A stretch of DNA of 30,850 nt from a virus (taxonomy: Duplodnaviria > Caudoviricetes), in IMG/VR virus record IMGVR_UViG_3300040971_000036, positions 1-30,850 of that record; one strand, 5' to 3'. Both the position numbers and the translations under genes were made by a program. The notes beneath the pieces are model-generated. The model was not told the origin of the DNA, did no database searches, and worked only from the letters and a program-made list of their open reading frames with translations. Below, piece after piece: positions 9,326 to 18,565 of the stretch; within the stretch, counting starts at the first letter, position 1; each line of letters opens with the position of its first letter.

Positions 9326-11726
9326 TGGTTGTCACCACCGGGACCATCATAAGCACGGTCATTGGAAGCGGCTGGTCCTGCACCACCACAAGTCGGCAAT
9401 CCTTTGTCCAGCCAGTTGATACGCGTATCTCCTTATCCCCGGTGAACAGCGGAGGCGGGGCGTCCATTGGATCAGACTGCGTGCGGAACGAAAGTGTTCT
9501 TAGATTGTCGCCATTCTTATTCGCAACTCCGGCCTTCCCGCCAACAGTGCGCAGGAAGCGCAGACTAAGTTTCGGCACGACCTTATTCTTCGTCTGGCTT
9601 GTGCCGAATTCGCTCCCGGCTTCAAGCTTCATCGTGCGCAGGGTTGACGTGTACCCCAAGCCAGCGTGGATTACTGCGCCAAGAGAGGTCAGGGCTATTG
9701 ACCCATTGCTGGAAACTACAACGTCGGGGTGCACTGCCCCGTCAAGTAATACCTGGGCAGTCCCGCCCTTCAAATGGTCCAGACCTGTTACCGACTGCGT
9801 AAGCGCGGCCCAAGCCGGAGTAGCCGTTGTCTGAAGCGCAGCCGGGATAGCGTCGATAAACGTACAAGAGCAGGCATTGCTAGAAGTGAACGCTGTTATT
9901 TCAACTCGGTAGCATCTACACATTGCGTCATACAGTGCGCCAGAGTTAGATGCCTGAATAGCGTAAATGGACCCAACGGCCCCACTAGTGAAGGGAGCGT
10001 GCCCTGTCGCCGTGATCGTTCCATTGCTACCAGCGGAGTAATTCCCCGCGGTCAATGAAAATACATGCGTAAGGTCGGTATTCGTTCCGTCATAGGTCAA
10101 GCCAGAATCTACAAAAAATGCATCTACTGTGTTCTCGCCTTCGTGCGGCCCTTCAAGGAACTCTATTGTCCTGACAACGGTCCCGCCAACGCTACGCGAG
10201 AACTGCGCCCACAGTTCGGTGCGATTATCAACACTTCCGAAAACAGACGCAATTGACTCAACGTTGCCGTCCGTCTCGGTGTTCGCCCAGCCCTGCACGT
10301 CCTGTTCGGGCATGTAGGTCATGTTCGCAATGGTGCCGTCCTCTTTCGCCACGTACACCACGGAGTCTGGGTCCTGCACATACACAAGCCGCGTTGCCAG
10401 CCCCTTCAAGATGTGGTCGGACAAGATGTTCTTGTCGGGCGTCACGAAACTATCAGTCTGGAAGTCATACGCCATCTCGCGCACGCGCTGCTGACCGCGC
10501 TGCACAAACAGCGTCGAAGCGTTGATGTCAATAGGCTCTATATTGGAGCTTCCGCACGTGCCGTGGCGGCTAGCCTTTATGCTATCAGGGGACATGCCTT
10601 CGCTAGCTGACGCCCCACCGATAGTCCAGGGAGACGTGCGCGTACCAGCCCACAGGCGCTCCTTGGGTAACAGCCAGGCAATGGCCTGCGGCTGCGAGGC
10701 GTCCAGGGTGGTTTCAATGGCATCGTCGGCCAGAGGAACACCTTCATCATTGGTGCGCCTGTCTCCCGGTGCCCACTGTTCCCAATAGGTGCTGTTCAGC
10801 CCGGCGTTGGACGCCAGGGTAGCGGCCTCTATCTGGTCGCCAGTCGCCCCGGTGAGCTTGAACGTAATCGTCTTGTCTGCGCTAGCCGCGTCGAAACGCT
10901 TGGCCCCAGTGTAGCGGAAGTATGCGGTTTCACCGCTGGCGTTAGACCCCTTGACGGCCACCAGATCAACGCTGTTGCTGCTGAATATCTTTCCCTTAGG
11001 CAGCAGGAACGTGTCTCCGTCCTTGCCGTTCTTGGAGCCGTCGCTGTTCGTGTCGAGTATGGGGCACGTGGCCCAATTGGTAAGCGGCACTTCCCGCGTA
11101 TTCAACCTGAAATCCGTGTAGTTGCGCGTCTGGCTGAACCAAAGCGTGTTCGGCTGGCTAGGCGTCGCGGCATAGCACAGGCGGCTTTCAAAGAAGCACA
11201 CGCGAGAAGGCCAGTTTCCAGTGCCCCACACTTCGGGCTGGCCCTGAAGCGTAGGCGTGGTAAACGTCCAGTTTGTGTGCCCGCTGCGAGTGAGCGTGCG
11301 CGGCGCATAGCTGGGGTGCGCGAAGTAGATTGTGTCGTTGTTCTGCACCCAGCGCAGTTCCGCGAAGTCTTCAGGCTCAAACGGGATGGCCAGCTCGTAG
11401 GGCGTGCTCGGTGCGGTTACGACTATGCCCTGGTCTTTGTAAACCCGCATTCTACCATGTCCGTCCGTGTGCTTATAAAACTCAAGTATATATGACTGTT
11501 CGGTGTTATACTCGAACGGTACCAGCAAACTGGCTGCGGTTTGGTTCCCGGCAAGGTGCACAAAGCGAAAGCCGCTCCTGCGCTGCACTCCGCCATGCGG
11601 CAGGTTGACGAAGTTCACAAGGGTATCACACCCCTGGGCGTAATACTTAAGGTCAATGCGCCCAGCGAGGCGTGTGGAGAGTTCACCAGACGTGAACGAG
11701 GTAAGTCCAGGGGTCGCCGTACTCAT
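9318..11726 (-). CDS. Tail tubular protein B / nozzle (T7 gp12-like)
   Basis: SFTSGELS.RLAGRID...GGVQRRSG start, WPSRVCFFESRL, LFVQRGQQRVRE, C-terminal QDQPLPMTVL. ATG 11726 overlaps the upstream stop (ATGA). Confidence 0.9.
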   Translation of the reverse strand: MSTATPGLTSFTSGELSTRLAGRIDLKYYAQGCDTLVNFVNLPHGGVQRRSGFRFVHLAGNQTAASLLVPFEYNTEQSYILEFYKHTDGHGRMRVYKDQGIVVTAPSTPYELAIPFEPEDFAELRWVQNNDTIYFAHPSYAPRTLTRSGHTNWTFTTPTLQGQPEVWGTGNWPSRVCFFESRLCYAATPSQPNTLWFSQTRNYTDFRLNTREVPLTNWATCPILDTNSDGSKNGKDGDTFLLPKGKIFSSNSVDLVAVKGSNASGETAYFRYTGAKRFDAASADKTITFKLTGATGDQIEAATLASNAGLNSTYWEQWAPGDRRTNDEGVPLADDAIETTLDASQPQAIAWLLPKERLWAGTRTSPWTIGGASASEGMSPDSIKASRHGTCGSSNIEPIDINASTLFVQRGQQRVREMAYDFQTDSFVTPDKNILSDHILKGLATRLVYVQDPDSVVYVAKEDGTIANMTYMPEQDVQGWANTETDGNVESIASVFGSVDNRTELWAQFSRSVGGTVVRTIEFLEGPHEGENTVDAFFVDSGLTYDGTNTDLTHVFSLTAGNYSAGSNGTITATGHAPFTSGAVGSIYAIQASNSGALYDAMCRCYRVEITAFTSSNACSCTFIDAIPAALQTTATPAWAALTQSVTGLDHLKGGTAQVLLDGAVHPDVVVSSNGSIALTSLGAVIHAGLGYTSTLRTMKLEAGSEFGTSQTKNKVVPKLSLRFLRTVGGKAGVANKNGDNLRTLSFRTQSDPMDAPPPLFTGDKEIRVSTGWTKDCRLVVVQDQPLPMTVLMMVPVVTTNE

Positions 11727-12319
11727 CGGTTCCACCGTCCGCCAAGTTTCGCGGTGCGCCAGGTGCTTTGCACAATGGGTCCGTACGTCTGGCCCTGGCG
11801 GGCGTCAACGCTACGCGCTTCCCTCATGCGGTCCTCGTACATGGCTTGCGCCGCCTGGCGCGCAGTCACGGATGCCGTCAAGGGGTAGGCAATCTCCGCA
11901 GCGAGGGCAGCCTCAAACACCTTGCACAGAAGCGCGTCGTACTTCGTGGGGTCAGTCTCGCGCCACACGTACGAGATGTAGACAGGCGCGTCCTCGTTGC
12001 ACAGTATCTCGCCGCCTACGGTTTCCCATATTTCCAGCGCGTCCTCATCGTCCCCGACCACCTCGACCACACGCAAGCAATCTGCGGGCAGCGGGTAGGC
12101 ATAGTCCCACTTCCAAGCGGGCGCGGTGGTGCTCTGCTGCACCTGGGCCAGCTTCATGGCGCAGTTCCAAGGATGGGAGCGCAGCACGGCATCTCGCACC
12201 GAAGGCCAAACCTGTTCACACAGGTCGGCGGTCTCCGTGTCATCGGAGCCGGACATGATGCGATCGGCCTTAAGGCCCTGAAGCGCGTTATTGAATATCT
12301 CCGTCAAGCTAATGGCCAT
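11723..12319 (-). CDS. Tail tubular protein A / head-tail adaptor (T7 gp11-like)
   Basis: IFNNAL...RDAVLRSHPWNCA...WDYAYPLPADCLRV...LAAEIAYPLT motif set. Confidence 0.9.
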   Translation of the reverse strand: MAISLTEIFNNALQGLKADRIMSGSDDTETADLCEQVWPSVRDAVLRSHPWNCAMKLAQVQQSTTAPAWKWDYAYPLPADCLRVVEVVGDDEDALEIWETVGGEILCNEDAPVYISYVWRETDPTKYDALLCKVFEAALAAEIAYPLTASVTARQAAQAMYEDRMREARSVDARQGQTYGPIVQSTWRTAKLGGRWNR

Positions 12320-12915
12320 TATGCGCCCCCTAGGAGGTCAAAGAGGAAGTCGCCGGGCTTGCCTATGCTGAACACCCGCCCGCGCAACTCGCGCGCCACA
12401 GGCCCCCAGCCGTCACGATAAAAGCGGTAGTCGTGCATCAGCTTCTGGCCGTTGCCAATGTCCACAACCTGGTGCAGAGAAAGCTTGACGCCAGCGACGT
12501 ACACGGGCGCGTAGCCCATATTCAGGGCGATATACACGGCGAGAAGCGCGCTAGAGCCAGCGCCCATGCCGGGGATAGGCCAAAACACATCGGCGTTCGG
12601 GCAGTTGCTCAACGGCTTTTCAGCGTGGTAGGTCACATCATCCCGGCGCTCGGTGCTGCCGGGGAAGCCTTGGCAATGGATGCTGACCTCATGCTCGAAC
12701 ACGCATCCGGGGTAGTGGTCTTCAACGTGCCCATTGACGGCGAATACTGGTGCCTCGTGCTCCGTCAACGCAAAGGCCGCGTCAAGCTCATCAACCCAGC
12801 CGTCAGCCCGGCCAAGCACAATGGCAGGGCCGGAAAATTTGCCCGCGAGGGGCGGGAGCGGCCCGAAGGACGCCCTCACCCCAAGCGGGAGTTTATGTTC
12901 TGTAACCTGCGTCAA
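12319..12915 (-). CDS. Putative Maf/MptE-like (sialyltransferase-related fold) enzyme
   Basis: TTG start; PAIVLG, VFAVN, GSSALLAVYIALNMGYAPVYVAGV resemble the conserved blocks of Maf_flag10/GT42-like domains. Confidence 0.55.
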   Translation of the reverse strand: MTQVTEHKLPLGVRASFGPLPPLAGKFSGPAIVLGRADGWVDELDAAFALTEHEAPVFAVNGHVEDHYPGCVFEHEVSIHCQGFPGSTERRDDVTYHAEKPLSNCPNADVFWPIPGMGAGSSALLAVYIALNMGYAPVYVAGVKLSLHQVVDIGNGQKLMHDYRFYRDGWGPVARELRGRVFSIGKPGDFLFDLLGGA

Positions 12916-12924
12916 CCGCCAGCC

Positions 12925-13179
12925 CTAGGCAAGGTCCATCTTGGTCGTGGTGATGGTGCCGCTGGTGTTGGTAGCCACAAGGCTGATGAGCTTCTGCGTG
13001 CCACCGAAGGCGTACACCACAATGATGATGTCTCCGGTGGACAGGTTGTAGTGGTCGTAGGCATCGTCAAAGTAGCCAGACGCCACGGTGGTGGAAAGAA
13101 GGTCCGCAGTGCGGTACAGGAAAAGCTGCTGACCGGGAACACCGCCCATGAGGCGCATCGTCGAAGTCGAATAAGCCAT
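12925..13179 (-). CDS. Small capsid decoration/cement-like protein
   Basis: 84 aa directly after the major capsid gene, strong AGGAG RBS; YRTAD...VASGYF...GDIIIVV pattern typical of this slot in podophages. Confidence 0.65.
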   Translation of the reverse strand: MAYSTSTMRLMGGVPGQQLFLYRTADLLSTTVASGYFDDAYDHYNLSTGDIIIVVYAFGGTQKLISLVATNTSGTITTTKMDLA

Positions 13180-13196
13180 TTTCTAAAGTCTCCTTT

Positions 13197-13222
13197 GGGC
13201 GTCGGGTGCGAAACCGCCGCCC
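13197..13222 (-). promoter_or_regulatory. GC-rich stem-loop after major capsid gene (mRNA stabiliser/attenuator)
   Basis: Minus sense GGGCG-GCGG...CCG-ACGCCC hairpin; no U tract follows. Confidence 0.5.
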
Positions 13223-13241
13223 TTTACACGTTAGCTAGGCT

Positions 13242-14078
13242 CTAGGCCGCGTAAGCCTCATCGTCGTCACACTGCCACTCGTAGATGCCGGTGCCGTCGA
13301 TGGCGACAGCGCCAGCGGAAATCATGTGGTCGAACAGGTGGGCGGCCTTCTCGGGCACCCAATCCACATGAAGCTTCAGGTCCAGACCTTCGGCAAGGCC
13401 GATGGCGCTCTTGTGGTACAAGAAGCACTTTCGGGTTCCGCTGCCAAGGGGCAGTCCAGAGTGGAACAGCCAGGTGATGCCAAGCCACATGCGGGCTTCA
13501 GTGCCCTTGAGCCAGGGGTACTTGGTCCCGGCGAAATCGGCGCTCTTGAACTCGGTGAGATTCAGCATCTCGTTCCACTGGTGAGCACCCAGCACGGCGA
13601 AGCGGTTGCCATCGTCGGGCACATCGGCAGCGTTCAAGGTCTCCACGGCAGTCAAGATGCGGGACTTGGTCAGGCCGAGGGTGGCGGCAGTGTCTGTGGT
13701 GCCTGCGCCGGAGTCCAGCGCGGTGATGATGAGGTCATCCACCTTGCGGCCAAGGGCGTAAGCGCCAGCGTTGGCAACCACCATGCGCTCGTCAATGTTG
13801 GTCTTCAGCTCGTCGAGCTTGTCAACGTAGTCAGCACCGTACCAGTCTTCCAGGGTCGCAGTGACATTCGAGTGGTCAGCGTTCATCAGCGGAACGTTGC
13901 CGTGACGGGTCTTCTTGCCAGCGATGCCCTTCCCAGCCTTCTGGAAGATGCAGGTAGAGCCAGTCACGCCAGTTTTGAGGCGCACGGCGGAGCGCAGCTT
14001 GCTGCCAGTCTGCTGGTAGGCTTCGTGAACTTCGGCCAAGTATTGGGCGATAAAGGCATCAGAGATGTCGATAGACAT
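13242..14078 (-). CDS. Major capsid protein
   Basis: AFIAQYLAEVHEAYQQTGSKLR...VDKLDELKTNIDER...AYALGRKVDDLII...GAVAIDGTG; strongly biased codons, AGGAGG RBS, downstream of scaffold. Confidence 0.92.
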   Translation of the reverse strand: MSIDISDAFIAQYLAEVHEAYQQTGSKLRSAVRLKTGVTGSTCIFQKAGKGIAGKKTRHGNVPLMNADHSNVTATLEDWYGADYVDKLDELKTNIDERMVVANAGAYALGRKVDDLIITALDSGAGTTDTAATLGLTKSRILTAVETLNAADVPDDGNRFAVLGAHQWNEMLNLTEFKSADFAGTKYPWLKGTEARMWLGITWLFHSGLPLGSGTRKCFLYHKSAIGLAEGLDLKLHVDWVPEKAAHLFDHMISAGAVAIDGTGIYEWQCDDDEAYAA

Positions 14079-14086
14079 TGTTTTGC

Positions 14087-14200
14087 CCTCCTAGGGCGTT
14101 GATTGTTGCGTACTTTTGGACCGCATAGGAGGGTATCCGGTTGTGTTCAGCATCGGGTATCCCTTTCGGGGCCGCGCCTTCCACGCTTGGGCCTCTTCCG
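14087..14200 (-). promoter_or_regulatory. Structured 5' leader of the major capsid gene with two nested GGCCC/GGAUACCC motifs
   Basis: Plus-strand GGGTATCC at 14131 and 14155, GGGCC at 14169 and 14189; nested pairing with a GAAA tetraloop. Confidence 0.6.
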
Positions 14201-14219
14201 CTTCACTTCTCCCGTATGG

Positions 14220-15140
14220 TTAGGCACCCCGACGAATCAGTCTGCCGAACTTCTCTGCAAATGCGTCAACTTCGCGCACATAGTCAGGGTCGCGCTTCAT
14301 CGAATCGCGGTAGCGCGGGTCTGCCTGCATGGCGCGCAGCTTGCCCATAGCCTCCTGGGGCGTGTAGGCTGGCTCCTGGCTGGCGGTAGCGCCGCCCTTG
14401 AGCTTGCCCTCTGCCACAAGCGGGTAGACTTCGGACGCCAGCGCCTTGATAAGCGCTGTGTTGTTCCCAAGATGTCCGAGGATGCTCTCCTTGCCGTCCT
14501 TGCTCACAAGCCCAAGCGCCTGGGCGGCCTTGAGCGCATTGCTGAACTGCTCCTTGGGAACAAGGTCTGCGGCCTGCCATTCCTTGACAAGCGCCGTCTC
14601 GGCCTTCTCTTGGCGCACCTTGGCCTCTTGGCGAGCGGCAGCGATCGCCTGTACCTCCATCGCCATATAGCCAGCAGCGAGTTCCTTAAATTCTGCGGGG
14701 GCGAGGCCCGCCTTGTGCGCGAGTCCCTGGAATGCGCCCAAAAGCTCCGGGCTGAGTGCGTATCCTTCGGGGGCGTCTTCAGGCACCTCCACCGCGTAGG
14801 CCTCAGCCACCTTGTCTTCAGCAGGCACGCCACGCAGCTCGCGCAACTTGGCGCTGAAGGCGTCCTTCTCTTCCTGCGGCGCGTCCTCTGCCGGCGGGGC
14901 CAGCGGGTCAGCCTTCTTGCCGATAAGCTTCTGTGCCTCGACAAGCGCCTTGTAAGCGTCCTCCGGACTCTTGTACTTCTCAAGTGTCTTCTCCCCACGC
15001 AGGGACTCAGGACGCCAGTCCTCAACAGCGGCGGCCTGCTCTACATTCTGCGCCGGAGCTTCGACGGCTACGGTTTCGGCAGCGGTCACGGGTTCCGTGG
15101 GTGTCACAGCGGCAGTCAGCAAAGTCGGTTCATCAGCCAT
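14220..15140 (-). CDS. Capsid scaffolding/assembly protein
   Basis: 306 aa from MADEPT (GGGAG RBS); DWRPESLRGEKTLEKYKS...YKALVEAQKLIG, acidic/Ala-rich, ends ADPRYRD...DPDYV. Confidence 0.85.
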   Translation of the reverse strand: MADEPTLLTAAVTPTEPVTAAETVAVEAPAQNVEQAAAVEDWRPESLRGEKTLEKYKSPEDAYKALVEAQKLIGKKADPLAPPAEDAPQEEKDAFSAKLRELRGVPAEDKVAEAYAVEVPEDAPEGYALSPELLGAFQGLAHKAGLAPAEFKELAAGYMAMEVQAIAAARQEAKVRQEKAETALVKEWQAADLVPKEQFSNALKAAQALGLVSKDGKESILGHLGNNTALIKALASEVYPLVAEGKLKGGATASQEPAYTPQEAMGKLRAMQADPRYRDSMKRDPDYVREVDAFAEKFGRLIRRGA

Positions 15141-15378
15141 TCGGTGTGTCTCCCTGCTCGGCCATGGCGCGCCTGGCACCCTGGGTGTCGAGCATGTTAA
15201 AGATGTGCAGGGCCAGTGAACGCGCGCCCTCGTTGAACGCCGCGCGCATTGGGTCTGTGTTGAAGGTCGGGCTCATCAAGTGCCCCTTGGTGTACAGGTC
15301 GCGCAGCACGGCCTTGCCTGCGGCGCCGTCGAACACTACCTGGTACTGTTTGCGGATAGTCTCCTGTTGGCTCATCAT
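15133..15378 (-). CDS. Bbp19-like small head-module protein
   Basis: YQVVFDGAAGKAVLRDL...DPMRAAFNEGARSLALHI; between portal and scaffold as in BPP-1-like phages. Confidence 0.8.
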   Translation of the reverse strand: MMSQQETIRKQYQVVFDGAAGKAVLRDLYTKGHLMSPTFNTDPMRAAFNEGARSLALHIFNMLDTQGARRAMAEQGDTPNG

Positions 15379-17021
15379 CCCGCGCCCCCCATGATAGCCG
15401 TCAGCCCGTTCGGCTTGCTCATGTCCGCTTGGCTGGCGGTCTTCGCCGTGTTCGCTACAGCGTCAGCCTGCACCAGCGCTGCCTGCGCCTGCATCTTCTG
15501 CGCGCGCTGCTCACGTATCCCCTCTACCTCGCGCTTGCTGCGCTTCACGTCTGCCGGGGCTCCGGAAGCGTCGAACATGTGTCCCGCGATCTTGTCAGGA
15601 ATAAAGTTGTCGGTGATCTCCTCAAACCCTGGGATTTGAGACGCGGCCATCGCCTGCTCCATCAGCATGTTCATGCTCTGGATGCCCGCCTGCTTCTGCG
15701 CCTGAGTGAGCGGCCCGGTGTAGTAGAACTTGATATTGCGCTCGGTGTAGCCTTCAGGCATGGGCGGGATAACGCCCTCACGCATCAGTATAGCCAGCAC
15801 GCGCCGAATCTGCGGCGTCAAGTCCTCGCTCTGCGCCCGGCCAAGCACAGCAGCCAGCGTCTTCCAGCGTTCGCTGTACTTTAGCTGCGCCTCGGTGGCG
15901 GTCATGTTCGGGCGGCTGGAATCGTCGAACTGATTAGAGTAGAACCACTCACGCACGGCTTTGCGCTTGGCATCGGCCATGGCCTCGATGGCGCCGAGGT
16001 CCACGCGCACGGGCAGCGCCTCGATCTTGTCCTGCGTGCCGCTTCGGTAGTAGGAGATCCCGCCAGGACCTGAATTGATGGGGCCGAGGAAGCCGTCATC
16101 GGGCACCATCAGCGGCGGGTCGGACATTTTCTCCGCAGCCATAAGCGCAGAGCGCGCCATCGCGTACAGCACACGCGCGTCGGCAAGCGCAGGCAGCGCG
16201 GCACCGCGCCCGTATATCTCGCCAGCGCTCTTGTCCCAGCGAGGGCAAGAGTAAGGAAATTCGTGGTAGCCCTTTTCCTCAAGAATGTGCTTGCTCTTGA
16301 ACTCCATGTACACGCAGGCGTAGGGCATCGCCTGATTGCCCTTGGCCTTCGGGCTAATGTCGGAGCGCGGATACGTGCAGTGGAGAATCTCCACCTCTGT
16401 CTCCGGCTTGTTCTCGTCCATAAGGTCGCGGACTTCCTTGCTGACCTTCGTTTCGCCCCACTCCTGCACCATCTGCCGGGCGGTCATCTTGTACTTGCGG
16501 TACACGGTATCCACCACGCCGCGCGCGGACTCGGAGATGTAGACCTCGGAAAGCGGTATAGCGCGCACGCGTATCAGGCTCTCATCGTCCGCCTCGGTGT
16601 ACTTGCACGACAGGCCGAACAGGCTCTCACACTCGATAGCCTCAGCGCCCGCCGTGTAAAAGTTCGTCTCCTCGTTGGCGAACACCTCAAGCATGATGTC
16701 GGTGGCCTGTGCGGCCCACTTCTGGAACTCATCGCCCTCGTCAAGCTCGTTACGGATATCGCGGAAGCCGAGGCCAAGCCAGCGCGACGAAGGGTCCATC
16801 AGCATGCCGAACACGCGAGCATCCATCATGCCTTTGGCGCTTACGGGAGTGCTGTCCCATATGTGCTCATCGCCAGCTTCCCCGGCCTGAATGTCCGTGC
16901 CGAAGCCCAGCCCCTTGATAGGGTCGAACATCTGCGCCAGCTCACGCCACGTGGACTCGTACACGGAGCGGGCAGATTCCATGCCCTTGAAGCGCAGTAG
17001 AAGGAGTTCAGCGGTTTCCAT
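15375..17021 (-). CDS. Portal (head-tail connector) protein
   Basis: 548 aa; ESTWRELAQ, GVVDTVYR, PRWDKSAGEIYGRG, DPPLMVPDDG, MTATEA motifs of T7 gp8/Bbp21-type portals. Confidence 0.93.
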   Translation of the reverse strand: METAELLLLRFKGMESARSVYESTWRELAQMFDPIKGLGFGTDIQAGEAGDEHIWDSTPVSAKGMMDARVFGMLMDPSSRWLGLGFRDIRNELDEGDEFQKWAAQATDIMLEVFANEETNFYTAGAEAIECESLFGLSCKYTEADDESLIRVRAIPLSEVYISESARGVVDTVYRKYKMTARQMVQEWGETKVSKEVRDLMDENKPETEVEILHCTYPRSDISPKAKGNQAMPYACVYMEFKSKHILEEKGYHEFPYSCPRWDKSAGEIYGRGAALPALADARVLYAMARSALMAAEKMSDPPLMVPDDGFLGPINSGPGGISYYRSGTQDKIEALPVRVDLGAIEAMADAKRKAVREWFYSNQFDDSSRPNMTATEAQLKYSERWKTLAAVLGRAQSEDLTPQIRRVLAILMREGVIPPMPEGYTERNIKFYYTGPLTQAQKQAGIQSMNMLMEQAMAASQIPGFEEITDNFIPDKIAGHMFDASGAPADVKRSKREVEGIREQRAQKMQAQAALVQADAVANTAKTASQADMSKPNGLTAIMGGAG

Positions 17022-17024
17022 CGC

Positions 17025-17282
17025 CTAGCCCAGCTTTGCCTTAAGTCCGGCCTGTTCCGTCTGCGCCAACTCGCCCGTACCCTGCACAGCACCGCCGCTA
17101 CCGCCCTTGAGCTTCTTCAAGCGCGTCGCTTCAAGGTCGCGGGCCTCATCGGCCTTGGCGACGGCTTCAGCGCGATCAGCGGCAAGCTGCTTGGCCTGTT
17201 CAGCCTCACGTGCGGCCTGCTGTGCGGCAGCCTGGGCTGCGGTGTCCACTTTCGGCGCAGACGGTGCGAAAAAACTACCCAT
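17025..17282 (-). CDS. Small Ala-rich virion protein (pre-portal slot, T7 gp7.3-like)
   Basis: MGSFFAPSAPKV start, coiled coil, ends LKAKLG; AGGAGG RBS; synteny. Confidence 0.65.
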   Translation of the reverse strand: MGSFFAPSAPKVDTAAQAAAQQAAREAEQAKQLAADRAEAVAKADEARDLEATRLKKLKGGSGGAVQGTGELAQTEQAGLKAKLG

Positions 17283-18565
17283 TAGCTTGCCCTCCTGAGA
17301 CTGTATCTGTTGTTCGTGTGTGCGGGGCGGGGCGAGCTAATGGCGCTCAGGCTCCTTTGCCTGTGCCCTACCGCCAAGTATCTGAACGCGTCCGATGCGT
17401 GGCTTGTCCAGTCGTGCAGCGGGTGCGCCTTGAAGTCGCCCATCTTGTCGTTGAATTCGCGGCGGTAATGGCGCAGGGCCTCAAGCCCCACGCCGCACTT
17501 CTCTCTGTCAAACCACGCCTTCGTGAGGACGCTTCGCACGGCCTGGATGCCGTCAGCTATCGGCAGATTAGGCGCAGTATCAAACCGTATGCCAAGCTCC
17601 CGCGCAGTCTCTAGGCGGCTCTTGCCGCTCCCCAGCTCACGCACCGCGATATCGTGGGGGGCGATGTGCCCGCCGTAGTTGTAATGCTTGTCTGTCAGCA
17701 CCTGGGCATAATGCGGCAACCCCTCTCCCCCGGCCTCGTAGTAGTCAATTACCCGGTACGCCCCGCCTCGCTCGACCTGGAAGAACCAGATGGACGTGCT
17801 GTCACTCACACCCAAATCCCACGCCGTGTACACTGGCAGCGCTGGCTCGTATGGCACATTGCAGATGCGCCCGTCTCTCTCCGCCTGGTCAAGCCGCCGC
17901 GAGTAGTACGCGCCCTTGATAGCTGCCGAGAATGAGCACTCAAGCTCCTGCTCATATTCATCCGTGTCCATCTCGCGCCGAAGCGCGGCAAGCTCATCTG
18001 GGTCGATGATGCCCGTATCGCTGGCCTTGAACATGGCGGCGTACCACTCCGGGTCGCCTAGCGCCCGCTCATACAGCGCGCAAAATTCGTCTCTGCCCTG
18101 CGGCGTACCGATGAAGAGCGCCCAGCCCTTGCGGTCAGACAGGGCCGGGCGCAGAATCTCCGTCCACATACGCATTGGCATCTGTGCAACTTCGTCCAGT
18201 ACCACGCCGTCAAGGTAAATGCCGCGCTGACTGTCGGGGTTGTCAGAGCCTAGCAGCGTCACGCGCGCCCCATTGGGCAGGTCGCAGCGCAACTCGGATT
18301 CGTTGAACTTCACGCCGGGGATGTTGCCCGCGTAGTAGCGCAGGTAGTCCCAAGCCACGGCCTTGGCCTGGCGGTACAGCGGGGCGAAATAGGCGAAGCG
18401 CGGATTCGGCTTCTGGCACCTGGCAGCCGCAATGATGAGCGCGTTGATGGACAGCACGGTCTTACCGAAGCGCCGATGACACACCAAAACGCTGAACCGC
18501 TTAAGCCCAGCGTGCACCGCGCTTTGCTGCGCGTGAGGCGTGTAGAGGCTATGCACCTGGGTCAC
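17282..18565 (-). CDS. terL: Terminase large subunit
   Basis: Walker A HRRFGKT, Walker B VVLDE, FIGTPQG coupling motif, nuclease AWDLGVSD and HDWTSHASDAFRY. Confidence 0.95.
   Translation of the reverse strand: MTQVHSLYTPHAQQSAVHAGLKRFSVLVCHRRFGKTVLSINALIIAAARCQKPNPRFAYFAPLYRQAKAVAWDYLRYYAGNIPGVKFNESELRCDLPNGARVTLLGSDNPDSQRGIYLDGVVLDEVAQMPMRMWTEILRPALSDRKGWALFIGTPQGRDEFCALYERALGDPEWYAAMFKASDTGIIDPDELAALRREMDTDEYEQELECSFSAAIKGAYYSRRLDQAERDGRICNVPYEPALPVYTAWDLGVSDSTSIWFFQVERGGAYRVIDYYEAGGEGLPHYAQVLTDKHYNYGGHIAPHDIAVRELGSGKSRLETARELGIRFDTAPNLPIADGIQAVRSVLTKAWFDREKCGVGLEALRHYRREFNDKMGDFKAHPLHDWTSHASDAFRYLAVGHRQRSLSAISSPRPAHTNNRYSLRRAS

Noticed and set aside
12912-13260. Programmed frameshift or read-through extending the capsid or decoration protein
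   Set aside because: No slippery heptamer near the stops, and the downstream gene has its own strong RBS; the alternative 76 aa frame looks spurious
14103-15200. 365 aa plus-strand ORF
   Set aside because: Antisense shadow of the scaffold gene
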